DNA of 64,000 bases, taken from Octopus vulgaris (taxonomy: Eukaryota). Both the position numbers and the translations under genes were made by a program. Below the pieces are notes generated by a model. The model ran no database searches, was not told the DNA's origin, and saw nothing but the letters and a program-made list of their open reading frames with translations. Location: the NCBI GenBank assembly GCA_951406725.2, contig OX597823.1:63984001-64048000 (forward strand), read 5' to 3'. Positions 40,856 to 54,343 of this stretch are shown in pieces; the stretch's first letter is position 1, and each line of letters starts with the position of its first letter.

Positions 40856-41265
40856 CTAGCAGTATCACCTGGCATTGCTCGGGTTTGTTTCAACTCTTTA
40901 GAATTGGAATTTTTGAAAAGTAAAAATTTTGCATTATGTAGCTTGTTATTCTCTTTAAGTAAACATTTTTCTGGTTGAAATACACTGAAAAATGGCGACA
41001 CAGCAGTAAAAAAAATCGTATAGAAAAAAAATCGTATAGAAAAAAAATCGTATAGAAAAAAAAAAAGCACCTTTTTGGTGTAAATAATTTTTGGTGTTAA
41101 CATGGTCTGATTTGAATTTTATCTTCCACAGAATGAAGAGCAAGCCTTCTTCTATCATACTCTCAATTTTGGTCAACTTGCTTTGCAGGGTCTTGGAGGA
41201 GTTAGTGTTAGTTGAAGGCTACCAACCCTACCACATACAGACAACTTCAGCTTTATATATATAGA
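40856..41265 (-). mobile_element. Non-autonomous Helitron, 410 bp
   Basis: TC...hairpin...CTAG termini related to 28246-28645, A|T target, different interior. Confidence 0.85.
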
Positions 41266-42370
41266 TTTTAGTGGGATAAATTTGTTACTTTTGGCTCTCA
41301 TATTTCCTTGAATCTTTGAATTTTTGTATCATTAATATTTTCCATCAGTTTCATTGGAAATCCTGCTTCCTAAAGGAAAATATTTTGCTTTGTGTGGAAT
41401 GCCATTCTATCCTACCTGTTGTGGTGTTCCACTTTTTTGGAGAGTGGGCTTCCAGTGTGTTTATGTCAAGTATTATTGTTATACAATCTTTCTTAGTCTG
41501 CTGGTTTGTTTCGAGTAGATTTATACCATTTCTGTAGTTTGACAGTCTATTTTGGCCTGTTCTTCTATTGTTATTGTTTGTAAACGTATTGTGGTAGATC
41601 AGTTTGTTTTGGTATGAATTATTGAATTTCTGTCCATTTTTGATTGCGTTTGCATTTGAGAGGATATGGATTGTCATTCTTCGACTTTTTTTGTTTGTTT
41701 TTTTATCTGAATTGTAAACTCTTACAGACTCTATGTGTGTGTGTGTGTGTGTGTGAGAGAGAGTGTGAGAGAGATAGAAAGAGAGTATACTGTACATGCA
41801 TGTACACAAACATATACATACACATGGAGACACATACATCATCTTATTTACTTACTGAAACTGAAATATATTTATAAACTAACTCTTCTGGAAACATTGA
41901 AATATTTCCACACATTTTCTCAGGAATTTGGGGGTTTTTTTTGTAATATTATATTATATTATATTATATTATATTATATTATATTATATTATATTATATT
42001 GTATTGTATTGTATTGTATTGTATTATATTACATTATACTATATTCTCCTGCTTTCACACATGTATTATTCAGAAGTTCAGAAATGTGTAAAAATAAACA
42101 AATCAAATAAATAAATAGAATAAAGCACAAGAGTAAGAAAAAAAAGTTTTTATTTACACATCTTCAATGTTTTCTGTTTCATATTATTTAAAGGAAAAAG
42201 AAATTAAGAAATGAATAAATGTAAGAGAAAAGAATAGAAAAAGGAATAGAAAAAAAAATATATATATTGCAGAGTATTAAATGTGATATGTCACTATTTT
42301 ACTAAAATGGAGTAAAAGGTTACCTAAGCTGTTTAAGTTATTTATTTTCAAAACCAGACAACAACAACAG

Positions 42371-42421
<51 letters not shown>

Positions 42422-42541
42422 TGACAACAATAATGGTGGTGGTGGGGATAATGATGATGATGATGATGATAGTGATGATCATAAAATGATAACCTTGATA
42501 AAGATAATGACAAAGATGATGCTGATGATGATGATGATGAC

Positions 42542-42599
<58 letters not shown>

Positions 42600-42685
42600 G
42601 TAGTAGTTTTATTATTATTATTGTTAGATAAAAATTCCAGTGTAAAGAAAAATGCAAAAAATGGTTATTAAAAGTATTCTCATAC

Positions 42686-42720
<35 letters not shown>

Positions 42721-43226
42721 TGTTTTGTTTTATTATGTATGGCTTGAGAAAATCTCTTATCAACTCTTGGTTAGTCTTTATAAAAATCACCGATTTCTTG
42801 GTAAGATTCACGCAGAGAAAGAAAGGAAAAATAGAGAGTTCTTTTTTTTTTCCATTTCTTCTGATATGTAAATGTTTTTTATTTTTTTAATTAATGAAAA
42901 TATTTGTTTTTAAAATTCTGTTATGTTAATCTGAAAGAAAAAGAAATGAAAAATAATAATGCATACAAAAAACAAAAAAAATGTATGCCACACACTCTTT
43001 CCAAGAAATTCAACTCTATTAACTACTATGACTACTACTACTATTACTACTACTACTAACACTGCTAAAAGACTAATCAGTGTGTCCTGTCAGGCAAAAA
43101 CATTTCTGAAAAACAAATGGAAATTATTTTAGTGTTTTTTTTTTGTTTTTTTTTTGGTTTCCTTTGTTGTGTGGAAGGAATTTTTACTTCTGGTAATAAA
43201 AATTATTGCATACTATAAAGATGCTT

Positions 43227-43536
43227 GTGGATGTACATGGCCTAGTGATTAGAGCAGCGGACCTGCGGCCAAGGGATCGTGGGTTCGAATCCCAGACAGG
43301 ACAATGTGTGTGTTTATGAGCAAGACACCTAAAAGCCTTTGCGGCTCCAGCAGAAAGTAATGGCTAACTTCTGATGACTCTTTCATCACAGCTTTCACTC
43401 TTTCTTCCTGCATCTAGCAGCTCACCTGTGAAAAACTGGTGTCCCCACCAGGTGAAGAACCTATACGCCAACAAACCAGGAAACCGGCCCTTATGAGCCA
43501 GGCATGGCTTGAGAAGGAACAAACAACAACAACAAC
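43227..43536 (+). mobile_element. SINE family C with 12-bp TSD
   Basis: ATAAAGATGCTT at 43215-43226 and 43537-43548; GGTTCGAATCCC B-box; (AAC)n tail. Confidence 0.88.
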
Positions 43537-44461
43537 ATAAAGATGCTTATTACATGATACCACATGAAAAGCATCTGTACCAGCACCATGTAAAGAGCAC
43601 CTGTGCTGGTGCCACTTAGAAAGCACCCCAAATACTCTCTGTAAAGTGATTGACATTAGGAAGGGCATCCGCTATAGAAACCATGCCAAAACAAATAATT
43701 GGAGCCTGGTGTAGCCCCCTCCCCCAGCTTGCCAACTCCTATCAGACTGTCCAACTCATGCCAGCATCGAAAACAGATGTTAAATGATAGTTTCCTTTTT
43801 TGTGGAAAGAATCTTTACTTCTTGTTATAAAAGCGATTGCATGTGATGAAGATGTTTATTACATGATACTACATGAAAACAACTTGTAGTGGCATCATGT
43901 AAAGAGCACCCATGCTGGTGCTGTTTAGAAATCACTCCCAGTACACTTGGTAAAATGGTTGGCATTAGGAAGCGCATCCTGCTGTAGAAACAATACCAAA
44001 ACAGACGAAAGGAGCCTGGTGCAACCCTCAGGCTTTTCAGCTCCTGTCAGACTGTCCAACCCATGCCAGCATGGAAAATGGATGGTTTCTTTGTTATAAA
44101 GATGGTTGCATGGTTAAATGATGGTTTCCTTGTTATAAAGATGATTGCATGGTTAAATGATGGTTTCCTTGTTATAAAGATGGTTGCATGGTTAAATGAT
44201 GGTTTCCTTGTTATAAAGATGATTGCATGTGATAAAGATGTTTATTACACTGTGACACATAAAAAAACATCCATACCAGCTCCATATAAAGAGCATCCTT
44301 AAAAAGGCCCCTGTACACTCTGTAAAGTGGTTGGCATTATGAAGGGCATCCAGCTGAAGAAACCATGCCAAAACAGATGGCTGGAGCCTGGTGCAGCCCT
44401 TGAGCTTGCTAGCTCTTGTCAAACTGTCCAACACATGCTAGCATAGAAAAACAGACATTAA

Positions 44462-44493
<32 letters not shown>

Positions 44494-44495
44494 AA
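43537..44495 (+). repeat. Three tandem diverged units containing family B 3' ends, with an internal 39-bp repeat (x4) at ~44080-44230
   Basis: Recurring GATGTTTATTACATGATAC...GGCATTAGGAAGGGCATCC...CCAACCCATGC blocks. Confidence 0.75.
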
Positions 44496-44569
44496 TGACA
44501 ACAACATTTGTTATGTTGCCTCTGTGTGTGCTAATGATACATACTTACTCCAGCATAGTTGGTGTTGCC

Positions 44570-45158
44570 CTTCTTCTTCTTCTTCTTCTTCTTCTTCTTC
44601 TTCTTCTTCTTCTTCTTCTTCTTCTTCTTCTTCTTCTTCTTCTTCTTCTTCTTCTTCTTCTTCTTCTTCTTCTTCTTCCAATCAGGACTCACGCCATTAG
44701 CCACAAAGAATAATCTCTAATTCGAGCCTACTCTAAGCTACTAAGAATGCGTGTGGCAACTTGAAGATCCACCCACCACATGCAATAGACTGGCAGTTAC
44801 ACAAGCGCAAAAGCTACGTTGTTATCCTCATTCCGTAAACGGTGGCTTTTAATGGGTGGAGAGCTGAACCATCCTGGGGTACAGAGGATCCGCAATCTAG
44901 ACTAGGGTCTGAAAGTTTACCACACCATAGTGGGTTACACCATGGTTCCTCTGCTTTGTGGCAGAAGTAGGAAGAAAGAGTGAGAGAAAGTTGTGGTGAA
45001 AGAGTACAGTGGGGTTCACCACCACCATCCGCCGGAGCATCGTGGAGCTTAGGTGTTTTTTGCTCAATAAACACTCACAATGCCCAATCTGGGAATCGAA
45101 ACCGCATTCTTAAAACCGTGAGTCCACTGCCCTAACCACTGGGCCATTGTGCCTCCAC
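44570..45158 (-). mobile_element. SINE with family C head and an alternative 3' body ending in long (AGA)n
   Basis: 44970-45158 matches the family C head; 44678-44965 is unrelated to the family C tail. Confidence 0.7.
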
Positions 45159-45986
45159 TCTTGTTGTTGTTGTTGCTGTTATGTGTCACATTGTAGTTGT
45201 GTGCACTGTTGTTTGTTTTTGACATCTTTTACCAATATTAAAATAAATGACAGGTTAAGAAACGTGTACTGCAAAACATAATTTATTGGATGTCTTCTAC
45301 TCCAGGGTAAACTATTGTATTTCATCTGGAAGAGGCTAGTTCAATTATTAAAACATAACCGCTGTCATCATCATCATCGTTATCGCCATCATTGTTATCA
45401 CAATCACCACTACCACCACCACCACCAACACCACCAACACCATCCCCCCACCACCACTACCACCACCACTACCAACACCACCACCAACACCACCACCACC
45501 ACTAACACCACCACCAGCATTGTTATTATTGTCATCAGTGTCCCCTTCGTCGTTGGCATCATCATCATCATCATGTGATTGTGCTACTGTCAGCATGAAC
45601 ATCGTCATTGCCTTCTCGTTCTCACTCTTCATCATCCTCGTCATATTCTAATTGCCACCATTGTCATATTCTCACTATCACTTTTTCCATAATTGCCATT
45701 ATTACCCTCCTCCTCCTCATTGTCGTCGTTGTTGTCGTCATCGTCATCGTTGTCATTGTCATCATTGTCGTTAACTATGTCAACATCCTCATCTTCACCA
45801 TTAGCATGGTCTTCATTATTAACCACCACCACCACCATCTTGTCTCATCAGTGTTCTGATTATTGCGAACAATTATAATATTTTCTTAATGGTAATGATG
45901 ATGATGATGAATAGGAGGATAAATCAACAGTAGTTGTGATATCCTCATCATCATTATCATCATGATTAATATTATTATTATTTTTA

Positions 45987-46031
<45 letters not shown>

Positions 46032-46033
<2 letters not shown>

Positions 46034-46585
46034 GAGTGAGAGAGCAGTTCATGCCATCCAAGTGACACTGGGGTAAAATATACAAAGCCCAATATACCCA
46101 TCATGACTACCCATCTGATAAAGGTACACCAGGCACATGCATCACAACCATATGTGCGCGACATGGTGATCTCATATCAAGATAAACAGCACATGACCTT
46201 GCAGGTGGGGCCCAGTTAGAATCTTCTTCAGGTTGAGTAGCCCATCCCGCTCAAAAGGTCCCTGAATAAGGGTTGTTTAAGGATGTTGAAAGAACCACCC
46301 ATGTTTCCAGAGGTGAATTATTCAAACCCCAAAGAATCCCTCTCAACACATGGCTATGATGCCCCCCACTTCTTCTGCTCATGATCAGAGATGCACATAT
46401 CGTCAGCCACTAAGGGACATGCTCAACTGGTTAAGGTCAAACAACTGACAGCAAATCTGTGGTATTGAACAGAATATTTGCTGTAGCCCATCTTTTATAC
46501 CAAGACAAAACAATGTACATGATAACACCTCCAATCAGTTAAGATCAGAAGCCATGAGAGCCACTGCCTGGTACTGCATCAGGGC

Positions 46586-46589
<4 letters not shown>
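46032..46589 (-). mobile_element. Family F non-autonomous element (~560 bp) inserted in (TAA)n
   Basis: (ATT)n on both sides; copies at 18445 and ~52170-52345; strand inferred. Confidence 0.8.
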
Positions 46590-46624
<35 letters not shown>

Positions 46625-46844
46625 CATTATTATTATTATTATTACTACTAAAAAAGTGTTTTTCTCAAACAAAATTCTGTATTTCTTTTGGATATATTTT
46701 TTCTTATGTTCTTCCATCCTTGAATATCAAAGAGAAGACAATGCCTGGAACTTAGTGTTTAGTAATTAATACCAACAGTGCAGCATTATAACAAACCCAG
46801 TAAGGCAGCAAGGTGCCAGAATTGTTAGAGCATCAGAGAAAATG

Positions 46845-47278
46845 TTGGGGTGTTTTGGCCACATGGAGAGGATGGATGAGGAGGCGGATGGTAAGGAGGG
46901 TGATGAAGGCAGAAGTGGTAGGCAGCAGAAATAAAGGCAGACCTCGGTTTGTGTGGATGGATGGATGGAGTGATGGAAGCTTTGGTGGTTAGAAGTATTG
47001 GAGTGAGTGAGAGAAAAGAGTTTATAAATGATAGGAAAGCTTGGAGAGTGTCTGTGGATGGGTGAGTGAATTTGATGATGCTCAAATGGGTACAGAACCA
47101 GCATGATGTGGTGGGGGTAAACCAGCAAATGCTGTTGGGCCCCGCTGCTGATATTGGCGGGGCGGTTTGCATTCTATGCCTTGACCCTAGCATAGAATGA
47201 GGCTTGCCTCTTTGAGCTGGAAAATGGATGGAATGTCTGGTGTGTGTCTTTTTGTGGATACCCTCTCCGGGTATATAT
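46845..47278 (+). mobile_element. RTE-clade LINE 3' fragment inside a family D SINE
   Basis: FGHMERMDE and KGRPRFVWMDG resemble RTE C-terminal WxGHVxRM and RGRPxxxWxD motifs. Confidence 0.6.
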
Positions 47279-48952
47279 AAAAAAAAAAACTTTATGTTCT
47301 GAGTTCAAATTCTACTGAGGTTAACTTTACCTTTCATTCTATCAGGGTCGATGAAATAAAGTACCAGTCATACATTGGAGTTAATGCTATCAATTAATTT
47401 CCTACCCTTGAGACTGCTGGCTTTGTACCTAAATTAGAAGCTATTATAATTATTACGGAATTTGTTATTTTTTTTAAAGACATACCATTGACAGTTAAAA
47501 CAGTATTAGATTTAAATTGCCATCTGAATATCTTACTAAATGTATACATGCCATTAAAATGTGTATTGACTGCACAGCATTGACAAACCTCAACAATGGT
47601 GAAATGTGCTGGTTATCATCATGAGTTACTGCAGTGATGATGTTTTTCTCACTTGGATATTTATTGTGTTTTAATACAGGTCTTTGAAAAGATTTCATCA
47701 CAAACAATTTCATAGTGTTATGTCTTCTAGTGGTTTGTATACTTTTAGTGTGATATGCAGATAACAATTTTAATATTTTTCATTTTTTGTTTTGCTAATT
47801 GTTTTCCTTTTTTCTTTTTTCTCTTGTTTCACTCTTTCTTCTTCCTTCGTTTTTTTTTTTTGGAAAAGCCATTATTATCCAAAAGTGAACAACAGATTGG
47901 CAGGATCATTAGAATATCAGTGCAAAATTTCTTACAGTTATGTTCTAGCTCTCTATGTTCAGAATTCAAATACTACCAAGATCAACTTGGCCTTTTATTC
48001 TCTTGGGATAAAGGACTAGTCATGTACTGGGTTTGATACAATAGACAAACTTCCCTCCTGTATGATAAATAGTTACACACATACACACACATCATCATCA
48101 TCATTATAATTATCATCATCAATACTATCAACCAATAATTAATGACATAGAATTCAAAAAGTCAAAGTTGACCATGGTGGAATTTGAACTCAGAACATAA
48201 AGACAGATGAAATGTTGTTAAACACTTTGCCTGGCATGTTAACAATTCTACCAGTTCACTGTCTCAGAAGAGCAATGTTATTGACAGGCACTGTAACATG
48301 AACCCAAATAAAAGTATTACTGTATATAATTTTGCTCCTCGTGGTTCCGGTTTCAAATCCTGTCAGGTTTCAATTTTAACTTCCATTTCTTTCATGTTTC
48401 TTGGTCTCAAGTTTAAGCCCTGCTAAGATGTAATCTTTGCCTTTGTTCTTTATTCTTTTATTCTTTTATTGGTTTCAGTCATTGGACTATGGTCATACTG
48501 GACCTCTGCTTTGTAGGTACAGGATGTAATTTATTTCACCAATGACTGGCAACTGGGTCCTTCCTTCAGCTCATTTTTAGTGTAGTGTTCAAATTCTGCT
48601 TGGATTGGATGTTTACCTTATATTTCATTTGGAACTGATTAACATGGTTCCAGGTTTTTAAACATTCAGCTACAAGGAAACAAGGGAACTTGGCCATCGT
48701 CATTTGACCTGCTAGAATAATGCCCGAAACTCCCGTATCATGTACTTTCTTTCGAAAAGGAAGAAATTCTTAAATAATGTGTTCCTAGTTGCACTGATAT
48801 GTCTGAAAAATTATGCAAGACAGAATAGCCATGTCAGTACTTTTGATCATAGGTCTGACTGTTATAATTAGCAGCCAAATCTCCCTCAATGGACACACTG
48901 GGATCATAGAAAAGATATTGTGACTGACTTGGTGCTAAGAACTCCCATCCCC

Positions 48953-49038
<86 letters not shown>

Positions 49039-49124
49039 ACTACTGCTACTACTTTATAAGAGGAAATACATAAGGTTGACTTGAGTGTAAAGAAATGTAT
49101 TTGTATATGCACAATGGTATAGCA

Positions 49125-49543
49125 TACCACGGGGTATTTTTGTTCAATGCACCAATTATTTGTCCCCCTCCTAGCACATGGTTGTGTGCACAGTGAGAGC
49201 TAGCAGTGACCTTCATGAGGCTGTGTGCCGAGTGACATTGCTGTGAAATTTGACTTTTGTCATGGACAGGAACAAAAAGTCAGTGAAAAAGTCTGCTACA
49301 GAGACATTGGGCATGTTTTGTCAAGCTTATGGAGATGATATTAAAATTTAGGTAAATAAGTTATTTTATACTTCAACATTATAGGCGCAGAAGTGGCTGT
49401 ATCAGGAATGGCTGTGCTGGACTAGCTTCTGTAGTGCAACCAACATGGTTCCGGGTTCAGCACTGCACATGGTTGGGCAAGTGGTCTTCTACAGTGAAAG
49501 CTAGCAGTGGATTTGGTAGACGGAAACTGGAAGAAGCCCATCG

Positions 49544-49576
<33 letters not shown>

Positions 49577-49823
49577 ATGTTTGTGTGTCTGTTTGTCCTC
49601 CTAGCATTTCTTGGCAACCGATGCTGGTGTGTTTATGTCCCCGTCACTTAGTGGTTCGGCAAAAGAGACCGATAGAATAAGTACTTGGCTTACAAGGAAT
49701 AAGTCCCGGGGCTGAGTTGCTCGATTAAAGGTGGTGCTCCAGCATGGCCGCGGTCAAATGACTGAAACAAGTAAAAGAGAAAAGAGAGAAAAAGAGACTA
49801 GTCTTGGAACTTTTTGATACCAC

Positions 49824-49829
<6 letters not shown>
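49125..49829 (+). mobile_element. Internally deleted mariner derivative interrupted by SINE family A (49381-49797)
   Basis: KSATETLGMFCQAYGDD N-terminal transposase motif; 3' TIR GGAACTTTTTGATACCACCTCG-TA. Confidence 0.65.
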
Positions 49830-49870
<41 letters not shown>

Positions 49871-50291
49871 ATATATGTATGTATGTATATATGTATGTAT
49901 GCATGTATGAATCTATCTATCTTTCTGTTTATTTACCTATCTATCTAAAACTAAACGTATACTTGATTTGATTTGATCTGAGACTGTGTTGAAGTTAAAA
50001 CAGTTACAGTGTGGGAGACACAACAGTGAAAATTGTTCACTTTACTGTCGGAGGGCAATCATGTCATTGACCAAGTCACGGTTGACTCAGTGAAAATTTT
50101 GACACCAAATAAATATTTAAGTGAAGCAAACAGTCTTTGTATGTTTTCAATGGCTACTAAGTATCCTCGACTCTAATGTTTTACAGTATATATAGATAAA
50201 TACTTACATACATACATACATATATATATATGTATATATATGCATGTATGTATGTATATATATACATACATATATACATACATATATGTAA

Positions 50292-50317
<26 letters not shown>

Positions 50318-50322
<5 letters not shown>

Positions 50323-50424
50323 TACACATATATATCATTGTGACTGTTCATTTTTAGTAGGCAGCATGCACTGTCACATCAATCAATTACTGATCTCGGT
50401 CTTTCAGTAGCGATGAAATATATG

Positions 50425-50456
<32 letters not shown>

Positions 50457-50469
50457 TGTATGTATGTAT

Positions 50470-50525
<56 letters not shown>

Positions 50526-51160
50526 ATATGAATATAAAAAAAAGACCCCTTTCAGTCATGAATGACCATAGGATTGCACCAAGAAAGTTCCCTGCTGAAG
50601 CAGAAGTTTGAGCAAGATTTTTTTTATGAAAGAGTATCAGTTGCCCATACATCCCAGACTCTCCTCTCCATGCCAGCGATATTATCCATGGGAAAGGCAA
50701 AGGCTGATACAGTTGGGCACCAGTTATGTTGCAACATTTTTCTATAGCTGAGTGAACTGGAACAACATGAAATAAAGTGTCTTGCTCAAGAACACAACAC
50801 ACAGTCTAGTCCAGGAACTGAACTCACTATCTCATGACTGTGAGCCTGATGTTCTAAGCACTGAGCCATGTGCCTTCATGCACACACACACACATACACA
50901 CACACACACACACCTACACACGTACATACATACTATAGCAATGTCATAAAAAATGACAATAGCTTTATTAGTTATAGAGAATGATGCATTGATGTAAAAT
51001 GACAGGTGACACCTTGATAAAATTCTTATCTAAATATTTGGCACTTGAACAGAGAAATATTTCATCGCTACTGAAAGACCGAGATCAGTAATTGATTGAT
51101 GTGACAGTGCATGCTGCCTACTAAAAATGAACAGTCACAATGATATATATGTGTATATAT
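50318..51160. repeat. Perfect 104-bp inverted repeat (50318-50421 / 51057-51160) enclosing a family E SINE (50545-50878)
   Basis: Arms compared base by base; no mismatch seen. Confidence 0.9.
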
Positions 51161-51512
51161 GTATATTTCTATATGCAAGCTCTTAGACACCGTTGTCATT
51201 AACAATGACATTGTTTTCGACTTTTAACATTTTTCACTGGGCCACTGCATACTTGGTAACTATCGGCCAACATAGGTTTCATTGATTTCTTGTCATCAAC
51301 CCCAAAATTTAGACATATATCAAATGCATGATTGAAAATGTAAACAGTGCCATTATCAAATACTTCTTTATTATTGGATATATTTGTCCTTTCAATCCAA
51401 GCATATGTGCTGACAGTGTTGAAATTTTTTTTTCTTTTGTAATAATGTGGAACAACCAGTAACTTTAATAACACTGTAAGACGATTTTTGTCCTTGGGTT
51501 AAAGATAAAAGG

Positions 51513-52090
51513 TAAAGACCCTTTTCAATCATGAATGGCCATGGGATTGCACCTAGAAAGTTCCTCTCCAAGGCACAAGTCTGGGCAAGGTTGTTTGTGG
51601 AAGATCAGCAGTCGTCATGCATACCAGCCTCTCCTCTCTTATTTCTTTATTGCCCACAAGGGGCTAAATATAGAGGGGACAAACAAGGATAGACAAAGGG
51701 AGTAAGTTGATTAGAGCGACCCCAGTGCGTAATTGGTACTTAATTTATCGACCCTGAAATGATGAATGGCAAAGTCGACCTCAGCGGAATTTGAACTCAG
51801 AACATAATGGCAGATGGAATACTGCTAAGCATTTCGCCCGGCATGCTAATGTTTCTGCCAGCTCACTGCCTTTCCTCTCTATGCCAGCCTCTCCTCTCTA
51901 TGTCACCAATGTTATCCAAGAGAAAGGCAAAAGCTGATACAGCTTGACACCAGTGATATCACAACTCATTTCTATGTCTGAGTGAACTGGAGCAACGTGA
52001 AATAAAGAATCTTGCTCAAGAACTCAACCTTTTCTGAGAATCGAACTCACTACCTTATGATTGTGAGCCCAACACTCTAACTACTGGGTA
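51513..52090 (-). mobile_element. SINE family E with nested family D SINE (~51640-51872)
   Basis: Family E halves flank a family D copy; GCCAGCCTCTCCTCTCT-like duplication at the junctions. Confidence 0.8.
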
Positions 52091-52551
52091 ACAACTGTTA
52101 TTTCCTATTTGTTTATCCCTAGAAAGTATGAAAAATGGCTAATATTTTGTTCAAACTTTACTTTTGTTACATTTATTCAAACCCCACAGAATCTCTCTCA
52201 ACACATAGCTATTATGTTCCTTCACTAACCCTGCTCCTGATCAGCAATGCACATGTTGTCAGCCACTAAGGGACATGCTCAAGTGGTTATGGTCAAGCAA
52301 CTGACAAGCAAATTTGTGGTATTGAGCAGAATATTTGCTATAATGATATTTCAGCTTCAGCAATTCAATACTGAATCTGTCTGAAATGTAATGGAAAACG
52401 GGTCAGTTTGAAAACATTGATGTCCAGGTCACAAAAGCAAGATTTGAAGGGAATAGTAGTCATTTCCTTTGATTTCTAGATTGGAGCAAATAAGAAATAA
52501 CACTTACTGGGCAAAGACAAATATAAATTTAATTTTGTTACATTTTGTTAC

Positions 52552-52950
52552 ATAGGTGCAGGAATTGCTTTGTGGTAAGTAACTTGCTTATCAACCACAT
52601 GGTTCCGGGTTCATTCCCATTGTGTGGCACCTTCTACTATAGCCTCGAGCCAACACAAAGCCTTGTGAGTGGATTTGGGAGACAGAAACTGAAAGAAGCC
52701 TGTCGTATATATATATATATGTCTATATGTTTGTGTGTTTGTGTTTGTACCCCCAATATTGCTTGACAACTGATCGATGCTGATGTGTTTACGTCCCTGT
52801 AACTTAATGGTTCGCCAAAAGAGACCGATAGAATAAGTACTAGGCTTACAAATAATAAGTCCTGGGATCAATTTGCTAGACTAAAGGTGTTGCTCCAGCA
52901 TGGCCACAGTCAAATGACTGAAACAAGTAAAACCGTAGAGTAAAAGAGTA
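52552..52950 (+). mobile_element. SINE family A
   Basis: Aligns with 291-718. Confidence 0.85.
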
Positions 52951-53208
52951 GTGTAATGTATGACATTTACTGCAAAGTAGGTTAGTTTGAGAGTTAATGC
53001 TGCACTAATTGTTTAGTCTTTTTTTCCCAAGATATTTTCAACTGTATACGAATCCTTTTGTATTGACCTTATTCATAGGTTTTTAAGTAAATCTTGATAT
53101 TCAATAATGAGAATATTTAAAGAAAGTAAATATTTATTGAAAATTACTTACACTCACATTTCAATTATCCTTCTATAGTCAATGTTAATGGCAGCATATG
53201 TATGTATA

Positions 53209-53720
53209 TATGAGGGGAATTCAAAAATTATCTGCACTTTCACCACAACATATCATTATTATTGTCGCACTGACTCCTGCACATATATGCTTATAGTTGG
53301 TACTATTGTGGTCAAGTGATTGAAGTTCGAGACTGACCGTGCCATTTTCCTTCCTAGCTCTACAGTGTAAGCATGACCACTCCACTAGCAATCTGCACCA
53401 AAGAAGAATAAAGAGCAATGATCTGATTTCTCTGGAAAAGGGGTGTACGATCAACAGTGCAAGACACAGTGCTTTGCTGGCCAACAAACTGAAGCCAACA
53501 ATTTACACCAAGCGCCGAAACCTATTGTTGAAGAAAATTTTGTTGTTGCATTACAATGCATGCCCATGCACAGCTGCTTAGAACGTTGAAACCATTAACT
53601 AATTGGGTTTTGAGGTGCTGGAATACACTGCCTACAGCCCAGATCTCACTCCTTCTGATTATCATATCTTTGGACCACTCAAAATTGTTTATGATGTCAT
53701 CAATTTCCTACGGATAAAGA
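53209..53720 (+). mobile_element. Internally deleted, 3'-truncated mariner (irritans-like TIR)
   Basis: TA-TGAGGGGAATTCAAAAA terminus; LLLHYNACP and AYSPDLTPSDYHIFGPLK motifs; N-terminus fused to the catalytic region. Confidence 0.85.
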
Positions 53721-53793
53721 TGTGTGTGTGTGTGTATGTAGTTTATATATGTACATATGTGTGTATATATATGTTTATATATATATATGTGTG

Positions 53794-53889
<96 letters not shown>

Positions 53890-53979
53890 GTATATATATG
53901 TATATATATATATCTTTATTTATATATACATATATATCAATATATATATATATAGGTTTATATATACATATATGCTGTT

Positions 53980-54052
<73 letters not shown>

Positions 54053-54264
54053 GTATGTATATATATATGTATGTATATATATATATAACATATACATATA
54101 TATAAGGAGAAAAACAATTAATTTTAAATCTCTGAGTGAGAAATAAGTAGTAACAGTACTACAGAATAAAGTTTATTTGCTAACATAAAGTGGCAGTTCT
54201 GATTAGCATGGTGTTACTACCTTTTAGCCCCAGGAAAACATCTTTTCCAGCTGGCTATTGATGC

Positions 54265-54343
<79 letters not shown>

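Larger units (their letters stand above)
38900..41700 (-). mobile_element. Decayed Penelope-like element (N-terminal region and RT fragment), partially duplicated and interrupted by two SINEs and a Helitron
   Basis: LENYFLFDNENYLEINGRVTGKTVTPTFAMLI...FLEE resembles the PLE RT NYFxFxxxxYxQxxGxAMG motif; 40621-40815 duplicated at 38901-39510. Confidence 0.7.

Noticed and set aside
45340-45845. His/Thr/Ile-rich ORFs
   Set aside because: Degenerate CAT/CAC/CGT trinucleotide repeats.
46540-46589. Possible HDV-like ribozyme at the family F end
   Set aside because: Only a simple hairpin is visible; the nested pseudoknot could not be built.
47495-47767. 90-aa minus-strand ORF in unique sequence
   Set aside because: No motif or consistent splice signals; length compatible with chance.
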